Position numbers and translations under genes: made by a program. Shown in pieces: positions 1 through 12,900 of a stretch of DNA of 64,000 bases; positions within the stretch are counted from its first letter, which is position 1, and the number at the start of each line of letters is the position of its first letter. Below the pieces are notes generated by a model, which saw nothing but the letters and a program-made list of their open reading frames with translations, did no database searches and was not told the origin of the DNA. The DNA is from Gnetum montanum (Eukaryota; Plantae; Gnetophyta). The stretch covers positions 258,730 to 322,729 of the forward strand of contig MNCI01000614.1 in the NCBI GenBank assembly GCA_015680685.1, read 5' to 3'.

Positions 1-181
1 ATACCTCAGACTTGCTTAACCATACACCGTGACACTTACAAGCAAGCCTGGGAAGACAACGAACGATTAACCCCAAGTGTTTCTTGTGGCGTTAAGGCAT
101 TTAGTCTGTGGAGTTCGACCGGATCGCGCGTGCACGCTCGTATTCGTATGGTTGAGTGTAGGGGTACCTCGCCACTCATCA
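1..181 (+). mobile_element. 3' end of an Athila-like LTR (same LTR family as 27480-33673); no PBS follows, so a solo or 3' LTR
   Basis: GGAGTTCGACCGGATCG...TATTCGTATGGTTGAGTGTAGGGGTACCTCGCCACTCATCA is near-identical to the end of the LTR at 33601-33673. Confidence 0.8.
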
Positions 182-1200
182 AGTACCATAGTGATTTGTC
201 CATGGGGGGCATAGACAAAGCATGGAGTTCATGTAACAAGTTGATGATGATGTGATCCACAACCTACAGGAGAGAAAGGTAAGGTCATAATTACACAAAG
301 AAAAAGCAAAAATGTGTAGTTTTAAAACTAAAGTGGTCAATATTATCTATGTTTAATAACTTAAATAATAAAAATTTATCATTTTAGATCATATCTATAG
401 CTTTTATGGAGGCTAAGGGTAGACAAAAATATTAAGGGGAAGCATTTGGTGGTCTTGAGTTTGAAACACCTCAATTCTAGAGCTTAATTTTAGGATTTTG
501 AATCATGATCCAAAAAGTGGTTAAGTGTTAGATGGACAATACAGTGATGCTAATGCTCATGTCAAATCACATTAAGTTTAGAGATAAAGATAATTTGGGA
601 CAGACTAAAATACTTTGTCCATTTTGAAAATTTACTTTACTTAGAGCTTTTTGTATGAGAGATTATGTATGGTAACATATGGGGAGAACATGGAAAAGTG
701 GGTAGGATGCACTAGAGGACATATCGGCTAAAGGTAATGGATTCTATGGAAGAGGTGAAGGTTGCACTAGCAATGCTAAGATAAGTTTCTTTTTTATTCA
801 TATTTCAATTTTCATTCACAAAGATTTGTGCAAAGCTTTTGGCAAGAAACAATAGTGTAGATGAAGCTTCTAGATATGCTAGTAGTACCAACAATGGTAG
901 GTGCCCATATACATTAGTGTCAAACATGCCACACATGCCTTTACATTAGATGAGATATTAAGGTAGTAGTAGAGAGAGGGTTTTGATGATAGAGCCTTTG
1001 TCAAGAATGACATTTGTAATGGAAATGTAGGTAGACATGGTGGAAGATGAAGATGTATTAATCATCAATGTTGTGGGGGGTACGCCGGAAGCAGAAGTCT
1101 AGGACATAAATGCACTAGTGATGTGCTAGGGTAGAAAAAAGATGCAATGATAAGGGGTGCTTGTTGGTCATTGTGAAAGTCACATAAACGTAGGAGGAAA

Positions 1201-1702
1201 AAGGTGCAACTCCGCGTGACGGAGACGCTGCAGCGTATTATGCGAAGGGACCACCATATCGGTACCGAAATTCACGGTTGAAATTAAAGCTAAGCTCATC
1301 ATGGCAATAAACTGCTGTCTTGTCCATACCAGCTATACGACAAGGAAGTCCATGCCCGTCACAACTTTAAATAATACGCTACGCCCAATAACAGTTGTGA
1401 TTTCTGGTTTCTCAGGGTCGAAGTCTAGACATGGAAATTAACCTTTTTTCCGTGGTCGATTTCCGAAAGTGGGTCCAAGGTAAAGAAGGCACTTTTAATT
1501 ACGAAAAACTCAAAAATTAATTTAAATTAACAAGCAAAAGAAATTTTACATATGATAATATTAACAATTGCAGACCCATGAAAACTCTGGTCATTGCAAA
1601 GTCAAAAGCCAACGAGAAAATATAGAGTTCGCCTCACGAGAGGCTGTCAAGAAACTTGATTACAGCAATACAACAAACAATAACAAAATATGATAAGATG
1701 TC
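1201..1702 (-). repeat. Diverged inverted copy of the TNL upstream/promoter region (7836-8336)
   Basis: The reverse complement aligns colinearly: GACATCTTATCAT...TTGTTTGTTG, CGAACTCTA, AATTGTTAATAT(T/G)ATCATATGTAAAATTTCTTTTGCTT, GACCCACTTTC, ACCGTGAA, GTGGTCCCTTC, CGTCACGC. Confidence 0.85.
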
Positions 1703-1859
1703 TATGTTGACTCAAAAGGAAAAATTCGTATTGTAATAAAATAAAATAAAACTCTCTACCATGGCAGTTTCATGTTTTCTGACGTTAGTCCCCACACTCA
1801 GGGAGCTTCCAATCATCTTCGAGAACTTATCGTTTTCCCTTGTTGTAGATGCCTGTGGG

Positions 1860-2040
1860 TGAACGTGAATAAACTGGATGTTTTTCTATAATTGTTTTGA
1901 ATTAACAATTTTGTCGGAGCTTTCGGCGTGCTTAGTCAGCTAGGTAGTGTACCGCTGCGGTTGTTGTTTTGGTAGGTTTAGTCTTTAATTGGGTAAGCCT
2001 AGAAAGATCTAGAAGAGTTTAAACTATCATTGGACAAAAT
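1860..2040 (-). pseudogene. LRR part of a malectin-like LRR receptor pseudogene (continues beyond the LTR insertion)
   Basis: Frameshifted translation LSNDSL..TLLDLSRLTQLKT..YQNNNRSGTLPS*LSTPKAPTKLLIQNN fits the extracellular plant LRR consensus LxxLxLxxNxLsGxlP. Confidence 0.75.
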
Positions 2041-3799
2041 TGTCACGACCCTTTGAGCTCCCAATGCGAACGCTCGTGTGCAGGCGTACGTGAGCTATGG
2101 TTCACACCTGGGGTGTGGTAAGGCATGTGTTCTCTACAGATGACTTACGGAGTGAGCGCGTAGCAAGTGCGTTAGGTAGTTGGTGTTACCTAAACAGATG
2201 GAGCCAGGGGCGACGCATGCAAAGAGGCTGCAAATGGACTGTTCCAGATGCAGTGCATGCACATCTATTACCATTAGGTGCAGTGCATGCGAGCGGTTAC
2301 GTTTCGAGACGTCCAGGCGTATCGCATGCACACTTGCTATGGCGAGTTTGGGCCGATGCAGAATTAGAACTACATGGCCCTAAACCTACGATGCGAGTAG
2401 GTATGTAGGCAGCCAAGATAGGAGGTCTTGGTGCGGTGCTGGTCTGGGGCATGTCCAGACCACCCTCCTGTGAGCGACAGGAGGGAACGCCAGTTACGAG
2501 AGCGTACTGGCAAGGCCGGGAATGCCCGTGCCTATCAGAGGTGTTGGTGCATCTCTGGTGAACTGATGTGGGAGCTACTAGGAGGTAGCACGCCAGATAC
2601 TGGAGTACTAGCAAGGTCGAGAATGCCCGTGCCTAAAGATGAGATATGCGTCGTTGGGAGTAGCTGGCTAGGTGTTGGAGCACTTAACGCTATCACTTGG
2701 TGAGGTAAAATATTCCGCTGTGACTCACCCGGTGACAATTGGTATCAGAGCGAGGTAGGACCTTGTAGAGTCGAAGGTGTTGACTCACAAAGCTTGTTGA
2801 GTTGCGCAAGCAAATGGAACCAGGGGCGAGAGCACCTGTGAGTGTTCCATATTGTACGTTCCCCACCGGAGTGGGATTCACTGTAGAGGTAGTTACGGGA
2901 GCTGTTGTAGGCTTGCTACCTTCAACCTTTGTATGCCCCATATGGAGAGCCGGTGTTCTCCAAAGCAGCAGGCAAGGTGCTGGAGTACCTTGCGAAGTTC
3001 GACTTCAATTGCGTTGATCGACCTGGTTAGGAGACCCAGGTAGCAAATTTGTTGAGTTGAACAAACTACTCGTTCTCAGTGAAGGACGATAGTGAAATGG
3101 ACGCCACAACGGACCTTGGCGAGGAGTTGTTCAAACTCCTACTCAAAGGGGTTTTTTGACGAGGACGTCGAACTTCTCATTCGGTGGGGGTGGGTTTGTC
3201 ATGACCCTTTGAGCTTCCGATGCAAATGCTCACGTGCAAGCGTACGTGAGCTATGGTTGGTTCACACCTAGGGTGTGGTAAGGCATCTGTTCTCTATAGA
3301 TGACTTACGGAGTGAGCCTGTAGCAAGTGCACTAGGTAGCTAGTGTTACCTAAATAGATGGAGCTAGGGGCGACGCATGCAAAAAGGCTGCAGATGGACT
3401 GATCCAGATGCAGTGCATGCACATCTGTTACCATTGGGTGCGGTGCATGCGAGCGGTTACGTGTTTGGAGACGTTCAGGCATATCACATGCACACTTGCT
3501 ATGACGAGTTCAGGCCGATGCAGAATTAGAACTACATGGCCCTGATTCTACGATGCGAGTAGGTATGTAGGCAGCCGAGACAGGAGGTCTTGGTGCGGTG
3601 CTAGTCTGGGGCATGTCCAGACCACCCTCCTGTGAGCGACAGGAGGAAACACCAGTTACGAGAGCCTACTGGCAAGGCCGGGAATGCCTGTGCCTAAAGA
3701 TGAGATATGCGTCGTTGGGAGTAGGTGGCTAGGTGTTGGAACACTTAGCGCTATCACTTAGGTGAGGTAAAATATTCCGCTGCGATTCACCCGGTGACA
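2041..3799 (+). mobile_element. Non-autonomous LTR retrotransposon (LTRs 2041-2737 and 3197-3799; 459-bp non-coding interior), chromovirus-like termini
   Basis: TGTCAC/T...GTGACA termini, PBS TGGTATCAGAGC at 2740, PPT-like GGTGGGGGTGGG at 3183-3194, TSD AAAAT/AAAAC (one mismatch). Confidence 0.93.
2740..2751 (+). other. Primer binding site, tRNA-iMet type
   Basis: TGGTATCAGAGC 2 nt after the 5' LTR end. Confidence 0.9.
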
Positions 3800-4400
3800 A
3801 AAACCATGTATTGTAAATATGCAGAATTCCAAGTTAACCATGTATTGTAAATATGCAGAATTCCAAGTTGGAGGTATATGACTGCTAGGGTTAAGCCCGA
3901 AGAAATTCATTCCAGAAACCCGTGTTTTAGACATCGTACATGCTCCCATACGAACCCGTAACAAGGATCAAATTTCCATGTTGTATAGTTGAAGCCAAAC
4001 GTCTTGTTGAATTCTTTCAGAACATTCATATCGACTGGGTTGGTCAAGGGATCTGATTGCATAATATGATAAATGTCGTAAGCATTGAGGATTACATATG
4101 TATCAGCCGTAGCTGGAGTGAAAGTTGCATTATAACTCTTAAGCTTTCTTTTTGGTATCAAGGCAACTTCTGCAGCAGTGTATATATCTCCTATGCTAAC
4201 ATTCACATTCACATCCTCCATAAAAACATTAAAACTGGATAATGTCTTCACCTTCCAAAACTGAGCGAAGTGGTAAAAGGACAATGTTGGCTGGTGTTCA
4301 AAGAACCTGAGAAAGCTACCGGTCCAACTGTTGTTTAAGAGCACGCTTGTTTCTGCTGATAATACTTGAGCGGGTGCCAGGCTTCCAGCGACTTAACTTC
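3800..4400 (-). pseudogene. Malectin-like domain C-terminus + GDPC-type cap + first LRR of an LRR-I-type receptor-like kinase/protein pseudogene
   Basis: FYHFAQF..SFNVF...YVILNAYDIY....TNPVDMNVLKEF....WKFDPCYGFVWEHVRC, then a frameshift to TRVSGMNFFGLNPSSHIPPTWNSAYLQYM; matches the malectin-like/LRR-I consensus YxHFAE..RxFni..PiLNAxEiY..TxxxD..WxGDPC..WxxvxC. Confidence 0.8.
3802..3869. repeat. Perfect 34-bp tandem duplication
   Basis: AACCATGTATTGTAAATATGCAGAATTCCAAGTT x2. Confidence 0.95.
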
Positions 4401-5914
4401 CTTTTAATTCATAGGCGGTCATTCATGGGTTTCTATTCATTCTTAAACGTGAATAACAAAACATTCTTAGTTGAAGTTCCATTGTCATGGTAGTACATGA
4501 CCCCAAAAGCATTTAACATTAACATTTAATAATTCAAAGGTTAAATAATATTTTTCAAAAGCACCCCTATGTCTTATGCAATTGGTTTAAAAAAGGGGAT
4601 GACTGTGACGTTGTGAGACCCTACCATAGTAGTCAAATGTATCAATCATGGCCCCATGCTAGCATGGGAGAGTTAGCACCAACACATTCATTGCAAGTTT
4701 AGCAATAAAACTCAACAAAATATAACAAGGTTAGTCCTAAAAAATTACATAATGATACATTATAGCATATCATCAAGAAGGTGTAACTTAGTTCTGGTTT
4801 GTGGCTTGCATCATGGTTTTATGTAGTCCTACATTTGGTCATGGTTAAATAAAGTTTGTAGTTAAAAATCAATATTCTACAATACTAGAACCTATTGATG
4901 CATAAATTTTGGTTGCACCAACACCTGGGGAAAAACTTGTTTGAGGAAACTAATACCTAGGGTGCCTTCTGCATGGGTACAAAAACCTAAGAATAGTCTC
5001 ATCTAGAGAGGGCTATGTGGCCTTTTGAAAATAATAAAAAAATGAAAATTTTAATTTGAATGAGTGTCTTGAATTTAAGAATACAAAAAGTAACCAAAAT
5101 AAATTTTGGCTGCTTGCTTCGTGGCTACTACCACCGTTCACCGTCGGTCCGTTGTGGACGTTGTCATAGCCAACACTACATGTAGTCATCGGAGAAGAGA
5201 AAGAGAGAGAGAAGATGCTGGATGAAGGGGCCCATTGATGCATAGATAGAACTTGCCCTATCACCAGCATGAGAGGAGGAAATTTGTCTCTCTTTGGAAA
5301 ACCCTGCCATAGATGCACTGCCCTCTAAAAATAGAATGGAACTATAGAACCCATGCCTACAACTGCTACTGTCTATTACTGCAACACCGCAGTAGAGAGA
5401 GAGAACGAGCCACCAAATCCCGCTATCACATGTTGATAGAGGCATTGGTGTCTCTAGTCCTACGTGTGCCACCATCACGGGTCTACCATGAAAAGGGAAA
5501 AGAAAATCGTCACCTCTTGGTTTCCTACTAAGATTGTTGACTACCATCCACGCAGCTCTACCTTTGCTAACTATCACCAGTCTGTTGCTAAGAATAAAGA
5601 AACAAGGCTGCAGAACCTGCCTGCCATGCCCACCATCTGTGCATGTTATTTGCGCCACTATTGCCCTAGGAGAAGAGAGAGAAAAAAACTATCATCTGCT
5701 AGTTTCTTAGCCCCCCTGGAGACTCCCTTGCCCATTTGCATGCACCTCAATGGAGAGAGATGCAACTGTTTGGGAAGAGAGCCTAATTTGTTAAGGAAGC
5801 CCTTACTTTCCCTCTTCAACGTTGTCTTCGTTCTCTGCTTTATAGTCATCTACTAATGATGTTTCACCTCCCTACACATTGATCCACCTCCTCGCACATT
5901 GATTCACCTTCCCG

Positions 5915-6150
5915 CACTTAAATAAAATGTCGTACAATCACTTTAATCTATGCTATAGGCACTTAGAGGGAAGACTTCACTAACTTCTACAAAAAGAAAC
6001 TACAAGATTCTAGCTAAGATATTAACCAATAGTGTCATAAATAGGATGGGTGTGTGCATTTATGTAGGAAATGACTACATCAGCATTGATGCACCTGCAT
6101 CAATGCATCTTAAGATGTGTCAATGAAGATGCATTGACATAGTTGTTATG
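5915..6150 (-). mobile_element. Degenerate LTR fragment related to the LTR at 37169-37942
   Basis: CTTAAATAAA..CTATAGGCACTTAGA..GTCATAAAT..GGTGTGTGCATTTAT shared with 37757-37900. Confidence 0.6.
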
Positions 6151-7474
6151 CATTTGATATTAAGGTATTGCTAATATTGGCTATGCACTTGTTATTAAAG
6201 TATCTCTAAGCTCATTCAATGTTACATCTACTGGAATATCTAAAAGTTAAGTTTTCTTTGGTCAATTTGTAAAGTTTATTTTTATTTTTCATGACCACTA
6301 ATATAACCTTCAAAAAGATAAATGCCAAAAGATAAATTAAATTCCATAATTAGAAAGTATGCAAAAAGATTATTCCAGCAATACTAATTTCGCCTCAATT
6401 GGACTTCTAAAGATAAAGTTATGTGTGCTTAAAGTTTATTAATAAAATAACAAATAATAATATTTAAATACCACAAGTGATAATCAAAATCTTCAAAAGC
6501 ACCTGAATAGAAACATACTCATAATACATAATACCAAAGCCATGCTAGTGAGCCCAACATCACAACTAATTTTTCACAAGTCTTAAATCATTCAATTCAT
6601 CACATATTCATTTATGCATAATCCATAAAAATAAGTGCAATTTTGGTAATTTGTGAAACTATACATCTAAACTCAATCGTTAACCTATTTGCTTCACATG
6701 CCCATACTACATGATCATCTATACTAATCCAACACAAAAATAGAGGAGAAAGGTAATAATAACTCACTAATTAAATTTGCTAAAGTAAAAAGTTTGAAAC
6801 AAATATAAAACCCTTAAAAATCCAACAAGACATCGTTTCACTTTAAGTAAGTTCCATACCCATGTATATGTACTTGTAGTAGTCCCAAATCCAAGTTTAA
6901 AGAAAAGCAAAATCCATACTCGAAGCCAAAAATTTAGATAAATCCTTTTGCATAGAAGAAGTTTAAAAATCAGTCTTTATTTAAGAGAATAATGAAAGAA
7001 AACATAAATTCAATCCATAGAAGGGTGTGAAGAAAAAATAAATGAATGTGATAGGAACGGTGGTTGGTATTATGCTTATATACATAATATATACTTTGTT
7101 TTATGTTTAAACATATAATTTTCATATGTGCTCTTCATGTCATGGGTCACCTAACCCTCACTTAATCCTTACTAAACCTCCTAAATGTAGAGATGTGTTG
7201 GGACCACATGGGTCACTTAACCCTCACCAAACATGCACCTAACCATCTCATCATGATGCAGTAAGTTTACTTTTTATTATTCCTTTTTAACTAATACCCA
7301 ATTCAAAGATACATAACAAACACATCTAAACTTCAAATCAAAATCCATTTGAACCTAAAAGATCCATCTTAAACACACTACATGTTCACGTGTCAAAATC
7401 AATTCCAAGCATCACCTAGCAAAAACACTACAATTCAAATTTGAGGTGAATACCTTTTTCTAGAATGTTGCAAT

Positions 7475-7580
7475 TTTCATCTATATGCTGTCCTTGTAAC
7501 CTTTTTCATATTTTTTTAATGAAATGATTTCATCTATATGCTGTCCTTGTAACCTTTTTCATATTTTTTCAATGAAATGA
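7475..7580. repeat. ~53-bp tandem duplication
   Basis: TTTCATCTATATGCTGTCCTTGTAACCTTTTTCATATTTTTT(T/C)AATGAAATGA x2. Confidence 0.9.
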
Positions 7581-7639
7581 TTTTCGGGTTCATGATCATC
7601 GACAAGCATAGCCGTGAAAGACAATTTACAAATGGAAAG

Positions 7640-8340
7640 GGAACGTCAAAGATTTCTTGGTGCCGCGTAAAGTGGGGTGAGACTTGAGGGACAAGCGTCC
7701 GCTAATGTTTTTCTTTATTTATTATCTTTGATTTCTACGGTGCTGCAGATTTCCCGGAACTTTCCGTCACGCGGAGCACTTTTGACGCAGAGTTGCACTT
7801 TGTCTATGTGCGTCCACACCGTAACGTCACTTCACGACATCTTATCATCTTTTGACATTGTTTGTTGAATGGCTGTAGTCACGAACTCTATTTTCTGGTT
7901 CACTTTTGTCTCTACCATGAGCAAAGTTTTTGATGGGCCCAAAATTGTTAATATGATCATATGTAAAATTTCTTTTGCTTTTTAATTCAAACTGCTTTGT
8001 GAGTTTTTCCTTATTAAAAAATCGTTGCTTTAGCTTTGACCCACTTTCCGAAGTCATAAGAGCGGTAAAAAAAAAATTAAGGTTTCAACATAGATATTAA
8101 GAATCCTCCGTCTTAATTGTGGGCCGTGTATTATTTAGAGTTGTGAGGTGGACGTGGACGATGATAATTTGTACATGAAAAGTAAACGATTCATTTGTGT
8201 GCCGAGCTTCTCGTGTAGTAGACCGTGGAATAATGGATTGCTATGGTCAACTTGGATTTCTACCGTGAAATTTGGTTCACATACCGTGGTCCCTTCCAAT
8301 AACGCGGAGCACCTTCTGCGTCACGCAGGATTACACTATT
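7640..8340 (+). promoter_or_regulatory. Putative TNL promoter with CGCG-box (CAMTA), TGACG/CGTCA (TGA) and W-box (WRKY) motifs
   Basis: CpG-retaining island upstream of the ATG: CCGCGT ~7663, CGTCACGCGG ~7765, TGACG ~7783, TTGACC ~8036, GGTCAA ~8245, ACGCGG ~8302. Function is inferred only. Confidence 0.5.
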
Positions 8341-8568
8341 TCTTGAGTTCACACCACTTTTGTTTAGCCATTACAGAGAAAAATGTCATGCTTAGCCAAG
8401 AAATTTTGGACGATATATTTCTGAATTTCATAGGAGAAATAACTTCACACTGCACCAGACTACTGAATTTGCATTGCTGTATTAGTGTCTTGTGCCATTC
8501 AATTCACATACCTGCATCTTTCTGTACCTGTATTTGCTGGAACAACCGAGCGGATCAAGTATTGGGAT

Positions 8569-9998
8569 ATGGAAGACAAAATATTGAAGAGAAGCCGGAC
8601 AGAAATGAAGGAGGAGGATACAGACTCCCAAACAGCCAAAAGAACGTTTCTGCATCTTGAGCCTTCCTCAGAGCCACTGCATCTGGGTACTGGTTCATCA
8701 TGGTCACAGTATTTACAACCTGGGACTTTCTTAGAGCCGTTGCATCTTGGTACTTGGCCATCACATCCTCAGTTTTTGCAGCCTGGGATTTCCTCACAGC
8801 TAGGTCCTGGGTCATCGTACCCACAGTTTCTGCACCCTGGGCCTTCCTTAGAGCCACTATATCCATGTATTAGGCCTTCTTCAGAGCCACTGTATCTGTG
8901 TAATGCATCATCCTATTCACCGTTCCTGCAACCTGGGCCTTTATCAGAGCCACTGCATCTGGGTGCCAAGTCCTCATACTCTCAGTTTCTGCAGCCTAGA
9001 CCTTTCTCAGGATCATCACATCTAGGTAACAGACCCTTTTCAGAGCCACTGCATTTATATACTGGGTCATCATCCTCCCATTTTCTGCAGCCTGGGCCTT
9101 TCTTAGAATCATCGTATCAGAGTACTACGCCTGTATCAGAGCCACTACATGAAGGTATTGGCTCATCATATTCAGAGTGTTTTCAGCCTGGGCCTTTTTC
9201 AGAGCCACTGTATTTGAGTACTGGGTCATCATACTCACAGTTTCTTCAACCTGAATCTTCCTTACAGCCATTGCATCTGGGTGCTAGGCCTTTCTCAGAG
9301 TCACTGCATCTGAGTACCGGGTCATCATCCTCACAGTTTCTTCAACCTGAATCTTCCTTACAGCCACTGCATCTGGGTACTGGGTCATCATCTTTATGGT
9401 TTCAAGAGGATGTGCATTTTTCAGGACCACTGCAGATGGGTACTATGCCACTTGATTTGGGTATGGCGTCATCATACTCATGGTTTTTGCAGCCTGGGCC
9501 AGAGCCATTCGGTATTGGGATATCTTCCACAAGTGACGAGGGTTCTGTTAACAAGAAGTTTGACGTCTTTATTTGTCACAGAGGCCCTGATACAAAGCAG
9601 ACGTTGGCTTATCACTTGTATGACGTTTTATGCCTTAGAGGTGTTAAGGTGTTTCTGGATCAAGCAGAGTTGCAGGGTGGGGAGACCTTAACAGAGGCCA
9701 TTAAAGAAGCCCTTGCATGTTCTGGTGTGCATGTGTGCATACTTTCCAGTGGATTCGCAGAGTCTCCTTGCTGTCTTAGAGAATTGGTAATGATGCTGCA
9801 CAAACACGACAGAGGTGCATCTACTCTGATTCCTATTTTTTATGACGTAGAACCCTCAGATGTCCAATATGTGAAAGGAGACTTTGGACAGGGGTTTCAG
9901 AAGCTCAAAAGCGAGGGCAGCTACTCCAGCGAAGACATTGACCAGTGGAAAGAGGCTCTGCGCAAGATTGTGGATCTCACGGGTTACGAGGGAAAAGG
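8569..9998 (+). CDS. TNL exon 1: basic N-terminus, Pro/Ser/Gln-rich tandem repeats, TIR domain
   Basis: ORF 8485-10002; first ATG 8569; donor GG|GTGAGT at 9999 (phase 2, typical of TNL intron 1). Confidence 0.9.
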
Positions 9999-12900
9999 GT
10001 GAGTGATGTTATTATGATTTTTCAAGTTTATCTTAGTTTTAGGTTAAGATAGTCGGTGAAATCTACCAGCAATATTTAATAGCATTCCAATAAAAAAGCC
10101 GATTCAAAATAGGATAGATTATATATTTTTTTACGTAGAAACTTTTTTTTTTTTCAGTTGAATGTGATGTTTGTTATAATTTTGAACCATTTAAAAAGTA
10201 CAAATTTTATACTTAATCCTTTTTTCACTGAAAAACAGTGGAAAAAGGTTGAAGATATATCTTTTTCTTTTACTAATTTTAAGGATTTCAATTTGATTTT
10301 TATCTCAAGTTATTCCATTTTTATTATCCGATTTTTCAATTTATGATAAAATATTCAAGGCAATCAGAGCATATTGAATATTATCATATGACTCAAAATT
10401 TAGGTTTATTGGTCAATTGATTTAAACTCTAAACTTTAAATATGCTTGCAGTTAATGATAATTTTTTTAATAATAGCAAACTTTGAAGGATGTCTATGAT
10501 TTATTCACAATAAACAAAATAACTATTTATAACCACTGTAAGTCAAAACATTTTAATGCACCAAAGTTTTAAGCCACTTTAAGGTGGCTTTCTTCTCAAT
10601 CCTGTCCGCGGGGCATAAATTTTAGGGTCAATATGTATCAAAATAAATATATACAATTTTTTTACAAAAATTGATTTTGTAATTTTAACCTTTTTCGGGA
10701 AAGGCATAAATTTTAGGGTCAATATTATACCTGTATACCTTGCAAAACAAAAAGATATGTATCAAAATAAATATATACAATTTTTTTACAAAAATTGATT
10801 TTGTAATTTTAACCTTTTTCTTTTTACAGTGAACTTTGCATGACCATTGTCAACCGGATATGTATGCTACTTGATGTTGGATCTATGGTTACTTCAGGGA
10901 AAGTAGTTGGAATAGAGAAACAGTTGTTGAGCACCATTGATGATATAGTGAGATGCGGTCAAAATGGGTTTGGTGTGAGGTTACTAGAAATTAGTGGTAT
11001 TCCAGGTATAGGAAAAACTGCTTTCGCAAAAGAACTCTATAACAAGATTTACGCTCAATATCCGAGAAGGTGCTGTTTCATTGAAGATGTTAAAGGACTT
11101 GTAGAGAAAGGTGGTGTAAATGAAGTCTACAAACAGCTTTTAAGTCAGCTTTTCAAAGATGAGGGGAGTTACTCTTTACAAGAAATGAAGAAACATTTAT
11201 GGAAGAGATTGCAGAATGCAGAAATTGTATTGGTGCTAGACAATATTGACAAAGAACTTCCATTCCGCACTGTGTTTATTGAAAATGTTTCGTTAAGTCC
11301 AAACAGCATCATTATTGTAACTTGTCGGGAAAGGGGGGTTCTGAAACATGACCCTGCTGCCATTGACCTGTACGGTGAAAATTTTATTCAGCGGGAAATC
11401 TCCTGTCTCGACTTCAATACATCAAAGGAATTATTTTGCCGGTATGCATTTGCAGGAATTGATAATGGCAAGCATGAATTTGGTGAGCTGATAAACAAGA
11501 TGGTTGAAAAATGTAAAGGAATACCTTTAGTATTGACGTTATTGGGGGCCAGGCTTCATGAAAAAGATATTGGAGATTGGAATTATTTATGGATTTCTAT
11601 AAAAGATTCTTTGCTATTTGATGTGAAAGAGATATTAAAATTCATCTATGACAACCTTGGTACAGAGTTGGAAAAANGTGGACTTGGGAAAGAGCATAGT
11701 TGAAGATGAAGATAAATGCCCTGGCCATCGTAGCCGTGTGTGGCGTCCTTCCGATGTCAAAACCATATTATCTTTTGAAAAGGTATGACTTTGTGATTAT
11801 TTGTTGGTGATACCTAGACTTGGTTTTTTAAGTAAAAAGATTAATTTTTTCTAATTTTCTAATTAATGTTATTTTGGTTAATTTTTTCCTGGTAGTTTTT
11901 TAATGATGTTTTCAAAACTCATACCATATGTATTTCTATTGTCCAATAAATTCATAAGGTCATAAGGTCTAAACTTACGACTTCCATTTGCTTGGGCCTC
12001 CTTGTCTTCTTGAAAGATCTTCTTCCCCAAGATGATTTGGGTGTTATAATTGTTGATTTGGGATTCATGGCATCAATTATTTAAATAAGTAGGTTTTTCC
12101 AAAAAAATAAAAATAAAATAAAATTAGTTTAAGTTATTTACACACCAAGGAAATCACCTCAAAACAATGTTTGTCAATTTCAGGGAACCAAAAAGGTGAA
12201 AACACTAAGCTTAGTTTCACAAGGCTCACAAGTTGTTTTAGATAACAATGAATATCCATGGCATGCAGATGCTTTTAGCAAAATGTCATCTTTGGAGATT
12301 TTGATCCTTCATGGCCATTGTATTGAAGGTATTAGATTATTTAATTAATTATAAAAAAATAGTTGTTCTTTAATCTCTAAGATTTTAATTTAGATATGGC
12401 AATAACATTAGTTTTTTCTCTCTTTTTTTTTTGTTAAGGTGATCTTTCCAAGTTATCAAGGAGATTATTATGGTTGAAATGGACTGATTTTCCATTACAC
12501 CAAATCCCTCGAACACTTTGCCTAAAACATGTGAGAGTCTTGCATGTGTGTGGTGAAAGCCTGATTCACTTATGGGAACATTCTGAACGGGTGAGATTTA
12601 ATAATCTACTATTATTAGTTAGAAATTGACTCCTATGTGTGTTGGATTTTAAAAAATGCAATAAACTTTTAAAAATTTGTTGGAATGGGTTCTGTTAGAC
12701 TAGATTCTTTTCTTAGAAAAGAGGGATTTAAGAAAAAAAGTAGGAGGTCATGCCTCAAGTTACAGCTTAAAATTGGATCTAATAATGTAGTAACAAAACA
12801 TTTTTACCAATGACATCTCAAAAAATAACATGAAATGTGGAGGTCAAAATAGCAAAACCCTCTAAAACATAGACTAAAAAGTATAAGTAGGAAAGTAATA

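Noticed and set aside
2041-2737. Cassandra TRIM (5S-containing LTR)
   Set aside because: No 5S rRNA A/C-box sequence was recognised in the LTRs.
5013-5856. Overlapping 100-160 aa ORFs
   Set aside because: No recognisable domain; the GA-rich, TE-like composition suggests spurious frames.
11678-11703. Apparent frameshift/stop in NB-ARC
   Set aside because: Caused by the N gap; conserved motifs resume in another frame, so it is not evidence of pseudogenisation.
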